This document shows positions 1 to 14,559 of a stretch of 60,731 nt of DNA, one piece after another (within the stretch, counting starts at the first letter, position 1; every line of letters starts with the position of its first letter). The stretch is taken from the NCBI RefSeq assembly GCF_004010195.1, contig NC_057751.1, positions 13,337,659-13,398,389 of the forward strand, written 5' to 3'. The notes beneath the pieces are model-generated. The model was not told where the DNA came from. It saw nothing but the letters and a program-made list of their open reading frames with translations, and did not search any database. This DNA is from Chiloscyllium plagiosum (Eukaryota). The position numbers and the translations under genes are program-made.

Positions 1-1528
1 AGCGAATGGTTAGATCCTGTATCTCTCAAAATTATAACTTCTTGTCCTTCTCCCACTGTTCTTTCTGAGTAAGCTTTCTCCACAGAAGCGAATTCTTTGC
101 AGAGATCAGGTACTAAATCCATACCCAGCGCCTGCTTAGATTCTGCACTCTCCTGCAGCTCCTCGGCTCTTCTTAGGGTCTCCTTTACTATCTTCATTAA
201 TGCCACTGCCTTAGCTTCTTTTACCATATATTTTCCCACAATGCCTTTCTTGAATAATCAGCACTGTGACTTTATGTGTCCCACTTTACCACAGTGGAAA
301 CACCTGAGGCCCTTCACCTCCTTTCCAAGCTCTTGGGCTTATTTTTTAATCTGTGGTAAATTCCTACCAGTTTACTCTTTCTTACACAGTGTAGCATCCC
401 CCACTTCTCCCAAATTCTATCGCTCAGAGGACAAAATTCTGGCTGAAACGTGGCTTATGCACCAACATGTATTAATTTGCTACTCTGCTGCAATTCTCAC
501 TTCCTGAACTTCCTGTTCCTCATGTGAATACTAATCATCTCTGGAAGTGAGTTTTTAAAACTCTTACAGCAAAGTAATCTCTCAAAGAGCCTCAAAGGTC
601 CTAACTATTTTTAAAGCACATACCCATCTATCAAAATGACTATGTTAATTCTTTCAAACTCAATATAACTCTGACCTGGTTCCTTCTTTATGTTTCTGAA
701 GTGCTATCTATATGCTTCTCAGACCAATTCATATGCACTTAAAAATAGCCTGTTTAACCTCTTCATAATCCCTTGATACTTCATCTGACAATGCGGCAAA
801 TACCTCACTAGCTCTGCCTACCAGTTTAGTCTGCACTAGCATTACCCATAAATCCTTGGACCACTCCATCTGCCTAGCCAATTTTTCAAATGAAATAAAG
901 AAGGCTTCAACATCTTTCTCATCAAAATAAGTTTTGACTTATTTATATATCGCACTACCTTTTCTTTTAATCTCCATCCTATTAACTTGACTTTTCTGAC
1001 CAAGTTGCAACTTGTCAAATTCAAATTCTCTCTCTTTTTGTCTTTAACTTTCTTCTCTCTCTCTCCCTTTGCTCAGCTAAGAACCTTCGCTCTGTTGTTA
1101 TCTTCTAACTTACAATTGAGGAAAATGGAGTACGTTTTTCTACCTCTACAGCATTTGTCTGTTTCTCTGACACACCTAAGCAGTTGAGTTATTGCCTTAC
1201 AGTTTCAGCTTTATTTTTGTCCTTGGTTAAACCCAAATCTAACTTCTTTGCTAATTCTACTTCTTTCCTTCTGAACTTACTTGACAAATTTGAGAGTCAT
1301 CTTCAAATCCCAGAACCTCTTTAGCAATTTTAAGAGCTATTTCTCTCACTTCCAAATTAATCAACCACAAGTCACTGAAATTAAGCAAATTGTCTCACCT
1401 ATGTTTTATTTAAAATTGAGGACATTAACCTGCAAGTGTTTAAATCTGCTGGGATTTGTCATACCCCTAAATCTATTTAAATCTGTCAAAACCAGTTCAA
1501 ATCCCGGACGAAAACCCCTAAATTATTA
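1..1528 (-). mobile_element. Gypsy-type LTR retrotransposon, decayed 5' internal region (PBS + gag), continuing off the window edge
   Basis: Minus strand encodes the CCHC knuckle CFHCGKVGHIKSQC (~262-305) and a frameshifted SCAN/capsid-like segment DYEEVKQAI.SAYELV.EAYR.HFRN (~690-775). PBS-like TAGGGGTTTTCGTCCGGGAT at 1520-1501 resembles the tRNA-Pro PBS TGGGGGCTCGTCCGGGAT. Confidence 0.85.
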
Positions 1529-2128
1529 TGTCACAGGGTAAAAACCCCCTGCTAAATTAAATCAGCAACGCAGACAAGATTTATCCCGTGCGGTAATCTA
1601 TGAAAATTCGAGAGGCCGAGAATTATCCTAGCGATCACAAAGTAAAAATTAACAACTTTGTTTTTTAAAACAGAGAATAATTAACTAACAATTCCTTTCT
1701 CCAACCTATCTTTTAGTTTCCTATCTTTAATACTGGTCCATTAAAAACCCTGAAGATTCACCAAAAAAATTCAATTTTCAAAACCAGCCAGCTGTCGAAT
1801 CTTCTCTTTGTATCTTCCTCTGTCTTCTTTTCTTCTTAGGGTTTCTGTTTCACGGGTTGTTAATAGATAAAGGTAGCTTTAAGAGAGCTATTCTGGGGGC
1901 AGTCTGCATATGTTGGTGGCAGTTCTCCTCCAACTGTCAGACTTTTTCCTGGTCTTATACCCCAAAGCATCGGATTGTTTCATTGGTTTTGATATTGTCA
2001 AAATCCCAAATTCAAACTTGATTGGAGTTTAGTATCTTGGGGCATAATTTAAACTGATTGGCTGAATATTAATTTGTTTTTGTCTCATAGCAACCCAAGT
2101 ACTGTTAGCTGCTGGACCAAATGTTACA
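1529..2128 (-). mobile_element. 5' LTR of the Gypsy element (~600 bp)
   Basis: On the minus strand it begins TGTAACA and ends TGTGACA, with the PBS a few bases downstream. Confidence 0.7.
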
Positions 2129-3199
2129 ATGTAAATTCTCCAGCACTCTGTGTGCTTGCTAAGTCTTTCAACTCTCTTAAAGGTACAGTACACCTCCATA
2201 CCTTGGTAACATATTCCTCGGCCCACTGGCCCAGTTGATCAAGATTCCATTGAACTCTTAGACAACCTTCTTCACAGTCTACTACCCCACTAATTTTGAT
2301 TTTAAGATCTTCCACAGAACCTAAATCTTTGACCACTCATTTTTCTACAACTTCTGATATTTCCTTCTTTTGCTTGATCTGTTTTCCTGGTCATAATGAG
2401 CCCCTGTATCTGAGAGGCACATTAGGTTCTCCTATACTGAAGACTCTACAAAAATGCCAATAATTCCTGCCATTATTATTTCTGCCTGTGACCCAAAGTA
2501 AAAGCCAGTGTGCCCAGAGACATAGCAGACCATTAGCCTAATGAATACTTGATATCCTTCCAAATAAGTGAATAAGAAAACTGGCATTAGAGTTTCCAAA
2601 CAATGTAGGCTGTCTGGAGTGGAATCTTGACAGGTAACTGGGTGCATATGAATGAGGTGGTCATCAATTGAACACTGCACTACCGGATTACAGAGCTGCC
2701 AAAAAATAAATGGGATGAGGATGAAAGTTTTGTCCTTCACCAATTAATGCCCCACTGAGGTTAATGGTTGCAGCCAGCTGGCATTACCAGGGCTGTGTCC
2801 TCTATTAACTCCGAGGGGGCAGGACAGAAAATCTTGGCTTCTGAATAAATCCTGCCTGATACGTTTTTCAACCAACCATCCAGTACTCTCTTCGGTACCA
2901 TAACTGTTCCAAATTTATTTAATAATCCAAATTGTACTCAACTGCATAATTCAGCTGATTCTTTTGACCGTCACCTTCAATCTGCATCTGTGGCTTTTTG
3001 ACAATTTGCATTGGAAGCAATTTCTCCTTGTATATTTTGACAACATCATTGATAATTTTGAATATCTCTAACCAGGGCTCAAACTTTATTATTCAAAGGC
3101 TCTTGTTGAGATTTTCTAAAGTGCAACTTTTGGTTTTGAGGGTCTATAATTTGTTTTTCAGGATTCCTTTTTCATGCTCACTAACTCGCATTTTGGATG

Positions 3200-3550
3200 A
3201 TACACTCATGAAAACAATGCCTTCCATATTCAACATATGGAGTGTTTGATCTCATACAGAAGCACCATTAGAAAACTTCAACAATATCCTCAACACACAT
3301 CATCCCTCCATTAAACTTAAAGTCACAACACAGCAGGAAAATAATAATTTCCTCAACACCACAATGCATAACTTTGCCTAAGATTAAACAAAAGTTAACA
3401 AACAAGGTTTCTTTTCAAAATACCTGACACACATTCACACAAATGCCATCACCCCAGTCTTGCCTTTTACAGACTAATTGAGGTCACAACAAGTATGTTT
3501 TCATCACATATGCACAAAACTGGAAGACTTTAACCAGACAGTTACCACAT
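3200..3550 (+). mobile_element. Degraded Penelope-like reverse transcriptase fragment
   Basis: Peptide LENFNNILNTHHPSIKLKVTTQQENNNFLNTT followed by FKIPDTH...HHP, typical of the PLE RT C-terminal/thumb region. Confidence 0.6.
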
Positions 3551-3959
3551 CATAGATCTCAATCTCAGATTTAAATTTAACCATTGATATGGTGTTCCAT
3601 ACTTTTACAACATGTTCATTTTGCACCCACAATAACTCCTGAATTACATAGCTTTAAGCCAGACATTCCACATTAATTTGCAAGGAATTAATAACTTTAA
3701 TGAGTTAAAGTTTTCCTGCTGTTACTTTGTTGTTTGTTCCTTTTGCCAGTTTAAAACGGTTCTCTTTATTTTTTAGTCTCCATCGCTCTAAAACCCCTTT
3801 GCAGCCTCCTTCTCCTTTCACTCCCCCATTGCATCCATCTACTCTCCCTTTGCAGCATCCGTCTCCCCCAGCCCTTGCTCCCTCCACCACACTCGCAGCA
3901 TCCCTTTGCTGCTCTCATTGCAGCTTTCCTCTTCACTCTTCTCCAGTTAATTGAAGTCC

Positions 3960-6100
3960 CTTATTTCTATAACCATTCTAGTAAATTTCTTCTACACCTT
4001 ACCAATACATTGGCATTGTTCCTAAAGTACAGTGCACCTATTGAACAACCCTAAATTGAGGGTGAAACATTTTTTTCACAACTTTCTTGCTTTTGTAACT
4101 GATTAATAATGCCAAGAACATTATTTTTCAAACTCTTCCTAACCGGTTCTTAAATTAATGAACATTTGTTTGCTAAATCCATTGTTCCTTCACCTCCTTT
4201 AAAATTGTTCATTCTTGCCTCTCATTTCTCCAGAAAAGTGAATAATTTCAAATATCTTGGTGCTGTATCACATTTGTGTGTTTTACCAATCTGTCATTGC
4301 CCTTTTAAGGCCTGTCCATTTGCCCCTTCCTTCTAATACATGTTTGAACATTGTATCATCTGTAACATTGTGCCCTTTGAACCCAAGTCAACATCATTAA
4401 TACATATCTTAAAGACCAGTGGTCACACACTAACGCCAGGAAACCTACCTCCCTCCTATCGAAAAAAACAATTCTTTTGGGTAGCCTGCTATCTGTCCCT
4501 TCCACAATTATACGTTCATACTGTTGCCGTCCTTTCAATCCCATGGATTTTAATCAATCTTTATGTGGTACTTAGTCAAGCACCTTTTGAAAGTTGCGAG
4601 ACATTTTTTAAAAATCACTACCTTCATCAATGCATTTTCCTGCTTCATCAAATAACTCATTCACATTAATCCATCATCTTTGGCCTTTCACAAATCCATG
4701 CTGACTTTCATTTGTTTGCCCATAATTTTCTAAACGCTAATTAGTTTTGTCCCGGATTATCGTCTCTGAAAGCTTTCTACCATATGTTCAACTCATTATC
4801 CTTTAGTTGTCAGGTTTATCCTTCTCTCTATTTTACAACCAGGGATGCAACATTTGCCATTTTCCAGTCCTCTGACAAATTTTCCCTGTGCAAGGAGGCT
4901 TGGAAGATTGTGGCCAAAGCCTCTGCAATTTCAACACTCACTTTCCTCACAGAATGCATCCCAAAAATTTATTTTCAACTTCAAGTTATGCAACTCTTTA
5001 AATACCTCTACTTCATCTGTTTTTTTTTTAAAAATTGGATCTGCTTCACTACTACCTTGACACAATCATCTTCTCTTCTCTGAAGAGGAGTGACTGCCAA
5101 GTACTCATTTAGTAACTCAACCATCCAGATTGCCCACAGAAATATTTTCTTTTGGTCTCCAATTGTCCTACTTTCCTATCTATAGTTGCATAAGAGTTTT
5201 GGATTTCCATTCACGTGGTCCACTAAGTTATTCTCAAACTCTTTTTAAATTTTTTTTTGCGCTTTTAGATCTCCCCACCACTTTCTATAAGCAGCCTACT
5301 TCTGGACTGTATTATGAATGGTGAAATGATCGTAAATGTCCTTTGTCTATTTAAGTTGACTTCAATGTTTCTAGCCATCAAGGAAACTCCAGTTTTGGAT
5401 GTGTTTTCTTTGTTTCTCTCCTGGTAATCTGTCAACTCTATACATGCTTAAGATAGCAATTTTTGATTTGTCTCTACTGGTCAGATCCTTTTCAAAGGAA
5501 TTAGCTCTTATCCAGTTGAGTATTTCTACAATTGATGGTCCTTTGTCTTTTTAAATAAGTTTCCTACAACTTGAGAATATTATGATCATTGCTCTCCGAA
5601 TGCTTTCCCAGAAACAGGTTTCACTTTCTTCATTTCATGAAGAGAGTGAGAGAGCTAGGTGGTGGGGGGGGGGGGGGGGGGGGTGAGAAATGGAGAGAGA
5701 GGGACAAGAGCTAGAACTGCTGCCTTCCTCAACAATCAAGAAAGTTCTTATGCACATTTCTGGAAATTCTTCAGTGCTTTGTCATTATGCAGTACCATAT
5801 TTGATAATTAAATCCTTGAACACCAAAGCCCTGAATTTCTCATCATTCTGCAAGTTACATGCAAGTATCTACCTCTATTCCACTATTCAGCAGCTTAGCA
5901 GTATATAGTATAGAGCTAATTGTGTTGTAGCTCCCATAATGCTCAAAACTTCTCAGTCTTTTAACTCCAATGACGTATCTAACTCCAGTGTAATAACAAG
6001 TCTTTTTTGACCAATAATACCATTCCACTCACCTCTTTTATTCTTCCCTTCTTTGAGCCAGTCCTCTTATTTTGAACATATCATAGCTCCACATGGTAAT
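3960..6100 (-). mobile_element. Old, highly decayed CR1 LINE fragments
   Basis: Scattered CR1 ORF2-like nucleotide motifs (e.g. acaaatccatgctgact, ggaagattgtggccaaagcctctgcaatttc). No intact ORF. Confidence 0.5.
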
Positions 6101-6288
6101 GTACGTGAAACTTACCAACCTTATTTTCCACACAGCATGTATTTTCATACATTCACTGCAAACTCATCTAACACTACCTCCTATGTGCGCTTTGTCAGAT
6201 CACACTGACGACTGAATGATTCTTTCATACTAACCAGGATTTCCTGGTTATCTTTGACCTTTAGTTTCTCCTGTCTAATTTTTCATCA

Positions 6289-6465
<177 letters not shown>

Positions 6466-9400
6466 CTAGTTTCATTTCCACTTGTCAAAGTTGTGGAGAA
6501 TATAGAATCAAGAATACCATTCAGATTACAGCTACAAAAGTTTAAATTTTTAGTTGTACTAAACCTATGAGTCTTGAAATTTAAATCCCATTTAACAGCC
6601 TGATGGAATGACACTGAAGCGGAGATCATCAATGAATTCTGGAATACTAAATATGAGATAAAGCAGTCACATTTTCAGAGCTTGCTCACTCTTGAGTGAC
6701 ACACATTCGGTGCACAAAGCACTAAATTCATCATTAAGTGAATGAGTGGATGTTTCAGTGAAATGACCTCCAGAATATGTCTGTAGAAATTCCTCAGAAT
6801 GATGCCTTTAAGCCCTTAAATCTTTAATACCTTAAAGTCTTCAACTGCTATATCAATCATCTTGGTTTCATTAGAACATCAGAAGTGATGATTGCTCAAT
6901 ATACAGCACTCCTCAGAAGCAGTCTGTGTCCACATACAGCAAGACCTTGGCAATGTACTGGCTTGGGCTGCTAAGTGGCAAGTAACTGCCCAACTGCCAG
7001 ACAATGACATTCTCCAACATGAAAGGTTCAGACCATTGTCTCAGACATTCAATGGTATTATCGTCATTGAATTTCCAGTTTCTTTGACCATTCCGAATTT
7101 GACTGGCTATGAACTTTACAATTATCTCAGCAAGTTAGAACTCTGCAGTTGTCTTGCTCCTGGTTGACACTGATCCATAGTTTTCTCAAGCCTGGTTGAG
7201 ATTATGCAATGGATCAAACAAAGGAGTGTCCAGGGGACTCTGTTTGATGTAATGCTGTAGTGTCTCTTAATCAAATCATAGATCATCATTTTTTGAAACA
7301 ATCATCTGTTATAATTAGGACTACTACATAATGTGTTATGCAACAGGTAGTGGAATAACATTTAATGCAACCGATAACTAAATTTTGTGTCAGCAGACTT
7401 TCCCAACAAGAATGTTGAACTGCACTGAATAATTCCATTGGTACTTGACACAGCCATATTTACAACCACAAATCCAAAAATGCATTGTGGAAAATACAAC
7501 AGGAGATCGAAAAGTTTAACACATAGATTGGAAATTTGGGATTTGACCTTCACGTAGAAATGTTACGCGCACAATCGACGTCACAGTGAACAGCAGGTTC
7601 TCATGATTGCATTATGTGATTTGTTTGAGTTCTGTATTGATTTTACTCCTGGATTTGTTATGAACGTGTGTTCACCTTATACACCAGATATGTAGTACAA
7701 AGAAGTAACTACGATTATTGCTGGATCTTTATCTTAGCATTTAATGATCTGTCCTGTGAAGCCTCCAATTTTGTCAGTAGTATTAATCTAAACCAGTCAC
7801 TTTTTAAAGAAGAAAAATCAATAATCCCAGTTATTTAGTGAACAAATGAGCCAACAAAGATTCCATGTAATTGAATAAAGAATTTTGACTATGCAAGATC
7901 AAAAAAAAATACTCTAAATACTATCTTGGGTCAGCATGTATACTTAAAAACTCACAATCAACAGAAGTTTGAGATGAACGAATAGGTCAATAAAATCCAG
8001 CCTACTTTAATCTTGGTCAATTATAAACTAGAAGTTACACACAATGACCCAGTACAACTAAGATAGATCTTACAAATTGGCTTGGCAGTCCACTCAGCAT
8101 TTATATTTTTGATCCCAGTCACAAGGTCCTTTAAAACTCTTGGCTCATCATGATGAATTTCACTTTCTTGTAATTAACTTCATTCCCAGCTTACAGCAAT
8201 CGAGATGGCATAAATCCATTAATGTTCTCTTCAAAGTAACAAAAACATCTGAATAAACTGTATGTTTGCCTATTTTCAGCATCTGGATTTGGTCTCCATT
8301 TCCTTAACCTTCTTTCAGGACACAATGGGGATTTGAAAACCAATAGCTCAATGTCCTTTTGTATAGTTTCATCCAGTATCAGTTTTGGCTTTTAATCTAA
8401 TTTTCAGTCTTATTTTCTTTGGAAACTAAAGCTGTCAGTTTCTGTTCAGTTTCCCTTTTCATTAGGGTCTTCCTCAAAAAAAAGATCATCAATGTCACCA
8501 CAGCTTCTATAGTCTACTTAGAATCTTCAATGTGGATTTAAGTCCCCATATTTGAATGAGAATGGGATGGTAGAAAGTGGAAATTAATTGAATGACTGAA
8601 TCTACTGCCTCACTTTTGCTAAAATCCAGCCTACCACCATCTTGGCAATTCTTTGAAACACAGCATATAAGAACATAAAATTAGGAGGAGGAATAGATCA
8701 CTTGCTCCCATGAGCCTGTTCATCAGACACGAAGATTGTGGCCACTTTGCAGATGAAAAACCTGATCCAGCCTACCTTGCATACTGGGTTAGAGAACTGC
8801 AAAGGTCAACAACTTTTTAAAAAAGAAAGTCCTCCATGTCTTTCTCTTGAATGGGAGACTTAAATGCTAAAACAATTCCTTTATCACTGGAATCAATGTA
8901 GTGAATCTTCTCGGAACTCTCTCCAAGGAAAATATATTCCATCAATAATGTGACAAAAACTGCACTGTATGCGTGGTTTCAGTAATGTGGTCTATGTCAA
9001 AATGCAATCTTGGAACTGCATAGTTTTCTCTGCACCAGCCACGGCCTTCCTTGTGGTACTGTTGACCACAAGAGCAGTTGGCCTCTGGTTGGAAACTCGC
9101 AGCAAGTGATATCTCTATCCCTAGGGACTTGATTTGAAGGGAAAATCAATGTACCTGACTGACTTGCGAGTTGGCCGGCTTTCCCAAAAAAGTGGGGATC
9201 CCTCAATAAATCTCCAACCAGAAAATAGGACCCTGATACCTCCACAAAACTCTGCCCTATTTTACTTGCCTAATTCAGCGTCTGGAAGCATGGACAAAGA
9301 AACCAGACTCAAAAGTTTATTAATTTCTAACTTGTATTAGATATCTGCAAAATAAAAAAAAACTTATCGATAGAAGCAGTTGGATTGTTCAGCTGGATCC

Positions 9401-11293
9401 AACTAGCTCACTGAGGTTCTGGAAGGAAGGAAAGCTACAGTTTTACCTTGGCTGGTTTTTGCATGACTTCAGACCCAGACAACATGGTTGATTTTTAATA
9501 GCCTTTTGGTAAGTCACAGCAAATAATCCTTTCTGTGGTCCAGCCAGATCTTGTGACAATAATTCAACCAGTTGTCCTCAAAATCTATTCAAATCTCAGC
9601 CATTTGGACTTCATCACATGAAGATGAGGGATCAGTCAAAGGGATCAGTCAAAGGGAACTACAATGGTGAAAAGCAGCATTGCTCTTAATGGGGGAACAG
9701 GCATTAAAGGAGATTGACAGCTTCCTTCCCATCAATTTTATTTTCTTCTGTGAGGACTTGCAAGGCTTCTGTGCAGCAACTCCTTCCAAAATTGGAAGTG
9801 GCGGTGGCATGCTGAATGGCACACGGGACTCTCAGTGGCTGTGTAGCTCTTCAGCTGAGAGGTTACGCTGGTTCACCGACTGATTCAGTAAATTGGTAGC
9901 TGCAGAAATGTCACAAAGCATTATAAGCAAAGGCTAGATAATTTGAAATTTGAAGATAAGACCATAAAACATAGGAGTGGAAGTAAGGTCTTTCAGTCCA
10001 TCGAGTCCACTCCGCCATTCAATCATGGCAGATGGACATTTCAGCGCCACTTACCCGCATTCTCCCAGTATCCCTCAATTCCTTGCGAGATTCAGAATTT
10101 ATCAATCTCTGCCTTGAAGACATTTAGTGTCCCAGCCTCCACTGCGCTCTGTTGGCAATGAATTCAACAGGCCCACCACTCTGACTGAAGAAATGTTTCC
10201 TCATTTCCATTCTAACTTGACCCCCTCTAATTCTAAGGCTGTGCCCAAGAGTCCTCATGTCCCCACCTGACAGAAACAAATTCCCAATGTTCACCCTTTC
10301 AAAGCCATGCATTATTTTATAAGTTTCTATTAGATCTCCCCTCAACTTTTTAAACTCTAATGAATACATTCCCAGGATCCTCAACCATTCACCGTATGGT
10401 AGGCCTACCATTCCAGGGATCATCCGTGTGAATCTCCACTGGGCACACTCCAGTGCCAGCATGTCCTTCCTGAAGTGTGGGGCTCAAAACTGAACACAGT
10501 ATTCCAAATGGGGCCTAACAAGAGTTTTTACATTCCAACCCTTTTGAGATAAATGACAACATTACATTTGCTTTCTTAACCATGGACTCAACCTGTAAGT
10601 CAACCTTTAGAGAATCCTGGACTAGCACTCCCAGATCCCTTTGTACTTTATGAATTTTCTCACCATTTAGAAAATAGTCCATGCCTGTATTCTTTTTTCC
10701 AAAGTGCAAAACCTCGTACTTACTCACATTGAATTTCTTGGACCATACTCCTGAACTGACTAAATCTTTCTGCAGCCTCCCCACCTCCTCAGAACTACCT
10801 GCCTGTCTGTCTAACTTTGTATCATCAGCAAACTTCACCAGAGTGCCCCCAGTCTCTTCATCCAGATCATTAATACATAAAGTGAACAGCTGTGGCCCCA
10901 ACACTGAACCCTGTGGGACACCACTTGTCACCAGCTGCCATTCCGAAAAAGGACCTTTTATCCCAACTCTCTGCCTTCTGTCATACAGCCAATCCTCAAT
11001 CCATGCCAGGAGCTCACCTTGAATGCCATGGGCCCTCACCTTACTCAGCAGCCTCCTGTGAGACACCCGATCAAAGGCCTTTTGGAAATCTAGGTAGTTA
11101 ACATCCACTGGGTTCCCCTGGTCTAACCTACTTGTTACCTCTTCAAAGAATTCTAACAGGTTTGTCAGGCACAACATTCTCTTACTAAATCCATGCTGAC
11201 TTGTTCTAATCCGACCCTACACTTCCAAGAATTTAGAAATGTCATCCTTAACGATGGATTCTATAATTTTACCTCCAACCTTCCTGAGGTGTT

Positions 11294-11715
11294 GGGCATA
11301 GTGGCTCAGTGGTTAGCACTGCTGCCTCACAGCACCAGGGTCCCAGGTTTGATTCCAACCTCAGGTGACTGTCTGTGTGGAGTTTGCACATTCTCCCTGT
11401 GTCTGCATGGGTTTCCTCCAGGTGCTCCGGTTTCCTCCCACAATCCAAAGATGTAGAGGTCAGGTGAATTGGCCATGCTAAATTGCCCATAATGTTATTT
11501 GCATTAGTCAGAGGGAAATAGGTCTGGGTGGGTTACTGAAGAAGGGCTAATGCCCGAAACGTCGATTCTCCTGTTCCCTGGATGCTGCCTGACCTGCTGC
11601 GCTTTTCCAGCAACACATTTCCATCTCTGGGTGGGTTACTCTCCGGAGGGTCGGTATGGACTGGTTAGGTCGAAGGGCCTGTTTCCACACTGTAGGGAAT
11701 CTAATCTAAATAAAA
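11294..11715 (+). mobile_element. HE1-type tRNA-derived SINE nested in the CR1
   Basis: A-box tggctcagtggttagc, B-box ggtttgattcc, V-type core tgtgtggagtttgcacattctccc, CR1-derived tail ending in aatctaatct. Confidence 0.9.
11536..11625 (+). mobile_element. Penelope-derived terminal fragment with minimal hammerhead motif, nested in the SINE
   Basis: CTGAAGA-A-GGGC-taat-GCCC-GAAAC-GTC; 15-bp TSD tctgggtgggttact at 11523-11537 and 11626-11640. Confidence 0.8.
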
Positions 11716-14559
11716 ACCGAGGTTAGGCTAATCGGCCTATAGTTTCCATCTTTTGTCTAGATCCTTTCTTGAACAAGGGGGTTACAACAGCGATCTTCCA
11801 ATCATCTGGGACCTTCCCTGACTCCAGTGATTTTTGAAAGATTACAACCAATGCCTCCGCTATTTCTTCAGTCACCTCCCTCAGAACTCTAGGTAGCCCA
11901 TCGAGGCCAGGAGATTTATCAATTTTTAGACTTTTTAGCTTTTCTAGCACTTTCTCTTTTGTAATTGCCACCATACTCAACTCTGCCCCTTGATGCTACG
12001 TAATTGGTGGGATATTACTCATGTCTTCCGATGTGAAGACTGGTGCAAAGTACTTATTAATTTCTTCAGCTATTTCCTCATCTCCCATCACTAGCCTTCC
12101 TGCATAATTTGGAGCGGCCCAATTTCTACTTTTGTCTCTCGTTTGTTTCCTACGTATTGAAAGAAACTTTTACTATCATTTATAAAAGTACTGGCTAGCT
12201 TACCTTCATATTTAATCCTCTCCTTCCTTATTTCTCTTTTTGTTATCCTCTGTTTATTTTTGTAGTCTTCCCAATCTTCTGAATTCCCAGTGCTCTTGAC
12301 CACTTTATAGGCTGTCTGTTTTTCAATGATACATTTCCTGACTTCCTTTGTCAACCATGGCTGTGTCATTTCCCCCCCTCCCCCTCAGATAATCTTTCTT
12401 TTCTTTGGGATGAACTCTGAACTGTGTTCTCCATTACATCCAGACACTCCAGCCATTGTTGCTCTACTGTCTGCCCCACTAGGCTCTGCTTCCAGTCGAT
12501 TTTCGTCAGTTCCTCTCTCATGCCCTTGTAATTAGCTTTATTTAACTGTAACACCATTACATCTGATTTTGCCTTCTCTCTTTCAAACTGTAGACTAAAC
12601 TTGACTATATTACGATCGCTGCCTCCTAAGTGTTCCCTTACTTTAAGATCTTTTATAAAGTCTAGCTCATTACATAGCACTAAGTCCAGAATAGCCTACT
12701 CCATTGTGGGCTCCATCATAAGCTGTTCCAAAATGCCATCCTGTAAGCATTCCATGAAATCTCATTCTTTGGATCCACCGGCAACATTATTCACACAGGC
12801 CATTTGCATAGTGAAGTCCCCCATGATCACCCTGACCTTGCCTTTCTGAGATGCCCCTTCTATTTCCTGGTATATCTTGCGTCCCTGGTCCTGGCCATTG
12901 CTGGGAGGTCTGTACCTAACTCCCATTATGGTTTTCTCCCTTTGTGGTTCCTCAACTCCACCCACACAGACTCCACATCATCTGATCCTCCATCATTTAG
13001 TGCCATAGGTTTAATTTCATTCTTAATTAACAAGGTAATCGTGCCCACCTCCCTGTCTTTTCGCTAAGTTGTAAATCCTTCGATGTTTAACTGCCAGCCC
13101 TGAAGCCCCTGCAACGTCTTTGTGATGCCTACCACATCAATCATTCATGATGATTTGTGCTATTAATTCATCTACTTTATTATGAATACTATGAGCATTC
13201 AGATAAAGCACCTTAATGCTAATTTTCTTATACTCATAGGATATATTACAAGAGGTGATGGAATCCAAGTTATCCTTTCTTTTTCCTTCATTCCTAGTCT
13301 CCCTCAAACCTAAGATCTGCACACATACTAACCTGCTGCTTATCTTTATACTTGACTCCATACTCCCTGTTGCTTTCCCTTTCTCCCAACTCAAGTTTAA
13401 AGCCCTAGTGACCACCCTATTTATCCTTTTCGCCAGAACACTGGTTCCGCATTGGTTCAGGTGGAGACTATCAGCACAGATCGCCCTGGATCCAAAACAT
13501 GCCAATGCCCCATGAAATGGAATCCCTCTTTCCCACACCAATCTCTTAGCCAGGTTTTACTTCCCTCATTTTCTTATCCCTATGCCAATTAACATACGGC
13601 TTGGGCAGTAATCCAGAGATTATGACCCTCGAGGACCTGTTCTTCAATTTCCTTCCTAGTGCTTGATACTCCCTAAACAGGTCCTCCTTCCTAGCCTTGC
13701 CTATGTTGTTTGTGCCAGTGTGGACCACAACAACTGAAGCCTCTTCCTCCTGCTCCAATACCCTTTCAAACTGGTCAGAGATGTCCTGCACCCTGGCACC
13801 GGTCAGGCAACACCATGCAGAATTTATGACTGGCTTCAAAGTTTACTATCTGTCCCCTTAATTATAGAATCTCCGATAAGAATTACTTGTCATGACCTCA
13901 ATAAGATTTATTTTTCCTAGGGAAGAGTCATAAAAAAGTGGGAATGGGAGAAGGAAGGGAAATGTAAGTGGAAAGTAATATCAAGATAGCTATGATGGGA
14001 GTGGCAGAGTCATGTGAGATAGCAAGATCGAGTGTGTGATCAGACCATGGTAATTAATAATGGAGAGAGACATTCACTGAGGAAAGAATTCAGAAGGGAA
14101 AGCAAGATGAGCTGAGTTGTGGTTGAAATCACTTAGGTAGAACAATTGCTGGATGAGAGCAGAGGTTATATGTCAGTCTCTGATGAAGTATTTATTCCAA
14201 ATAATTTATATATTTGCTAAGCTATATTGAAACGGATGTTATTGATTCTGAGACTTGTACATGAAGACAAGCCAAATATTGGTGTCCCTGGAAGGAATCG
14301 CTGCTAATAAATTTAAAAATAGAAATGACAAAGTGCCATTTCTCAACTGTGAAAATTGAGAATCAAGAATTGATGAAGATAAAGTAATTTAATCCATTTT
14401 TCATTATTGTTAAAATACTTTTGACAATCAGTAAACAATACAATTGAAAATGAAGTTATTCTGCAGTTGTCAGGAAGTCAAAAACTAGAGACAGAAATTA
14501 CCATTCTGTTGCTCTAACTGTAGGTAAGATATGCACTTTGGTTCATTAATTGATGAGGC

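Larger units (their letters stand above)
9960..13860 (-). mobile_element. Near full-length CR1 LINE (ORF1 esterase, ORF2 endonuclease + RT), disrupted
   Basis: ORF1 SGNH-esterase motifs GARVQD..VVVVHTGTNNIG..IISGLLP and DSLHL. EN motifs LYLNAHSIHNK, YRPP, MGDF. RT motifs [37 protein letters not shown]-terminus LRGDLIETYKI. 3' tail near 9960. Confidence 0.93.

Noticed and set aside
9628..9657. 13-bp tandem duplication gggatcagtcaaa, and poly-G/C runs at ~5664, ~48875 and ~49736
   Set aside because: Ordinary slippage-type micro-repeats with no further structure.
11294..11370. tRNA genes at SINE heads (also ~30040-30093, ~47050-47113, ~51461, ~52481)
   Set aside because: A/B boxes run into SINE core and LINE-derived tails; no complete cloverleaf.
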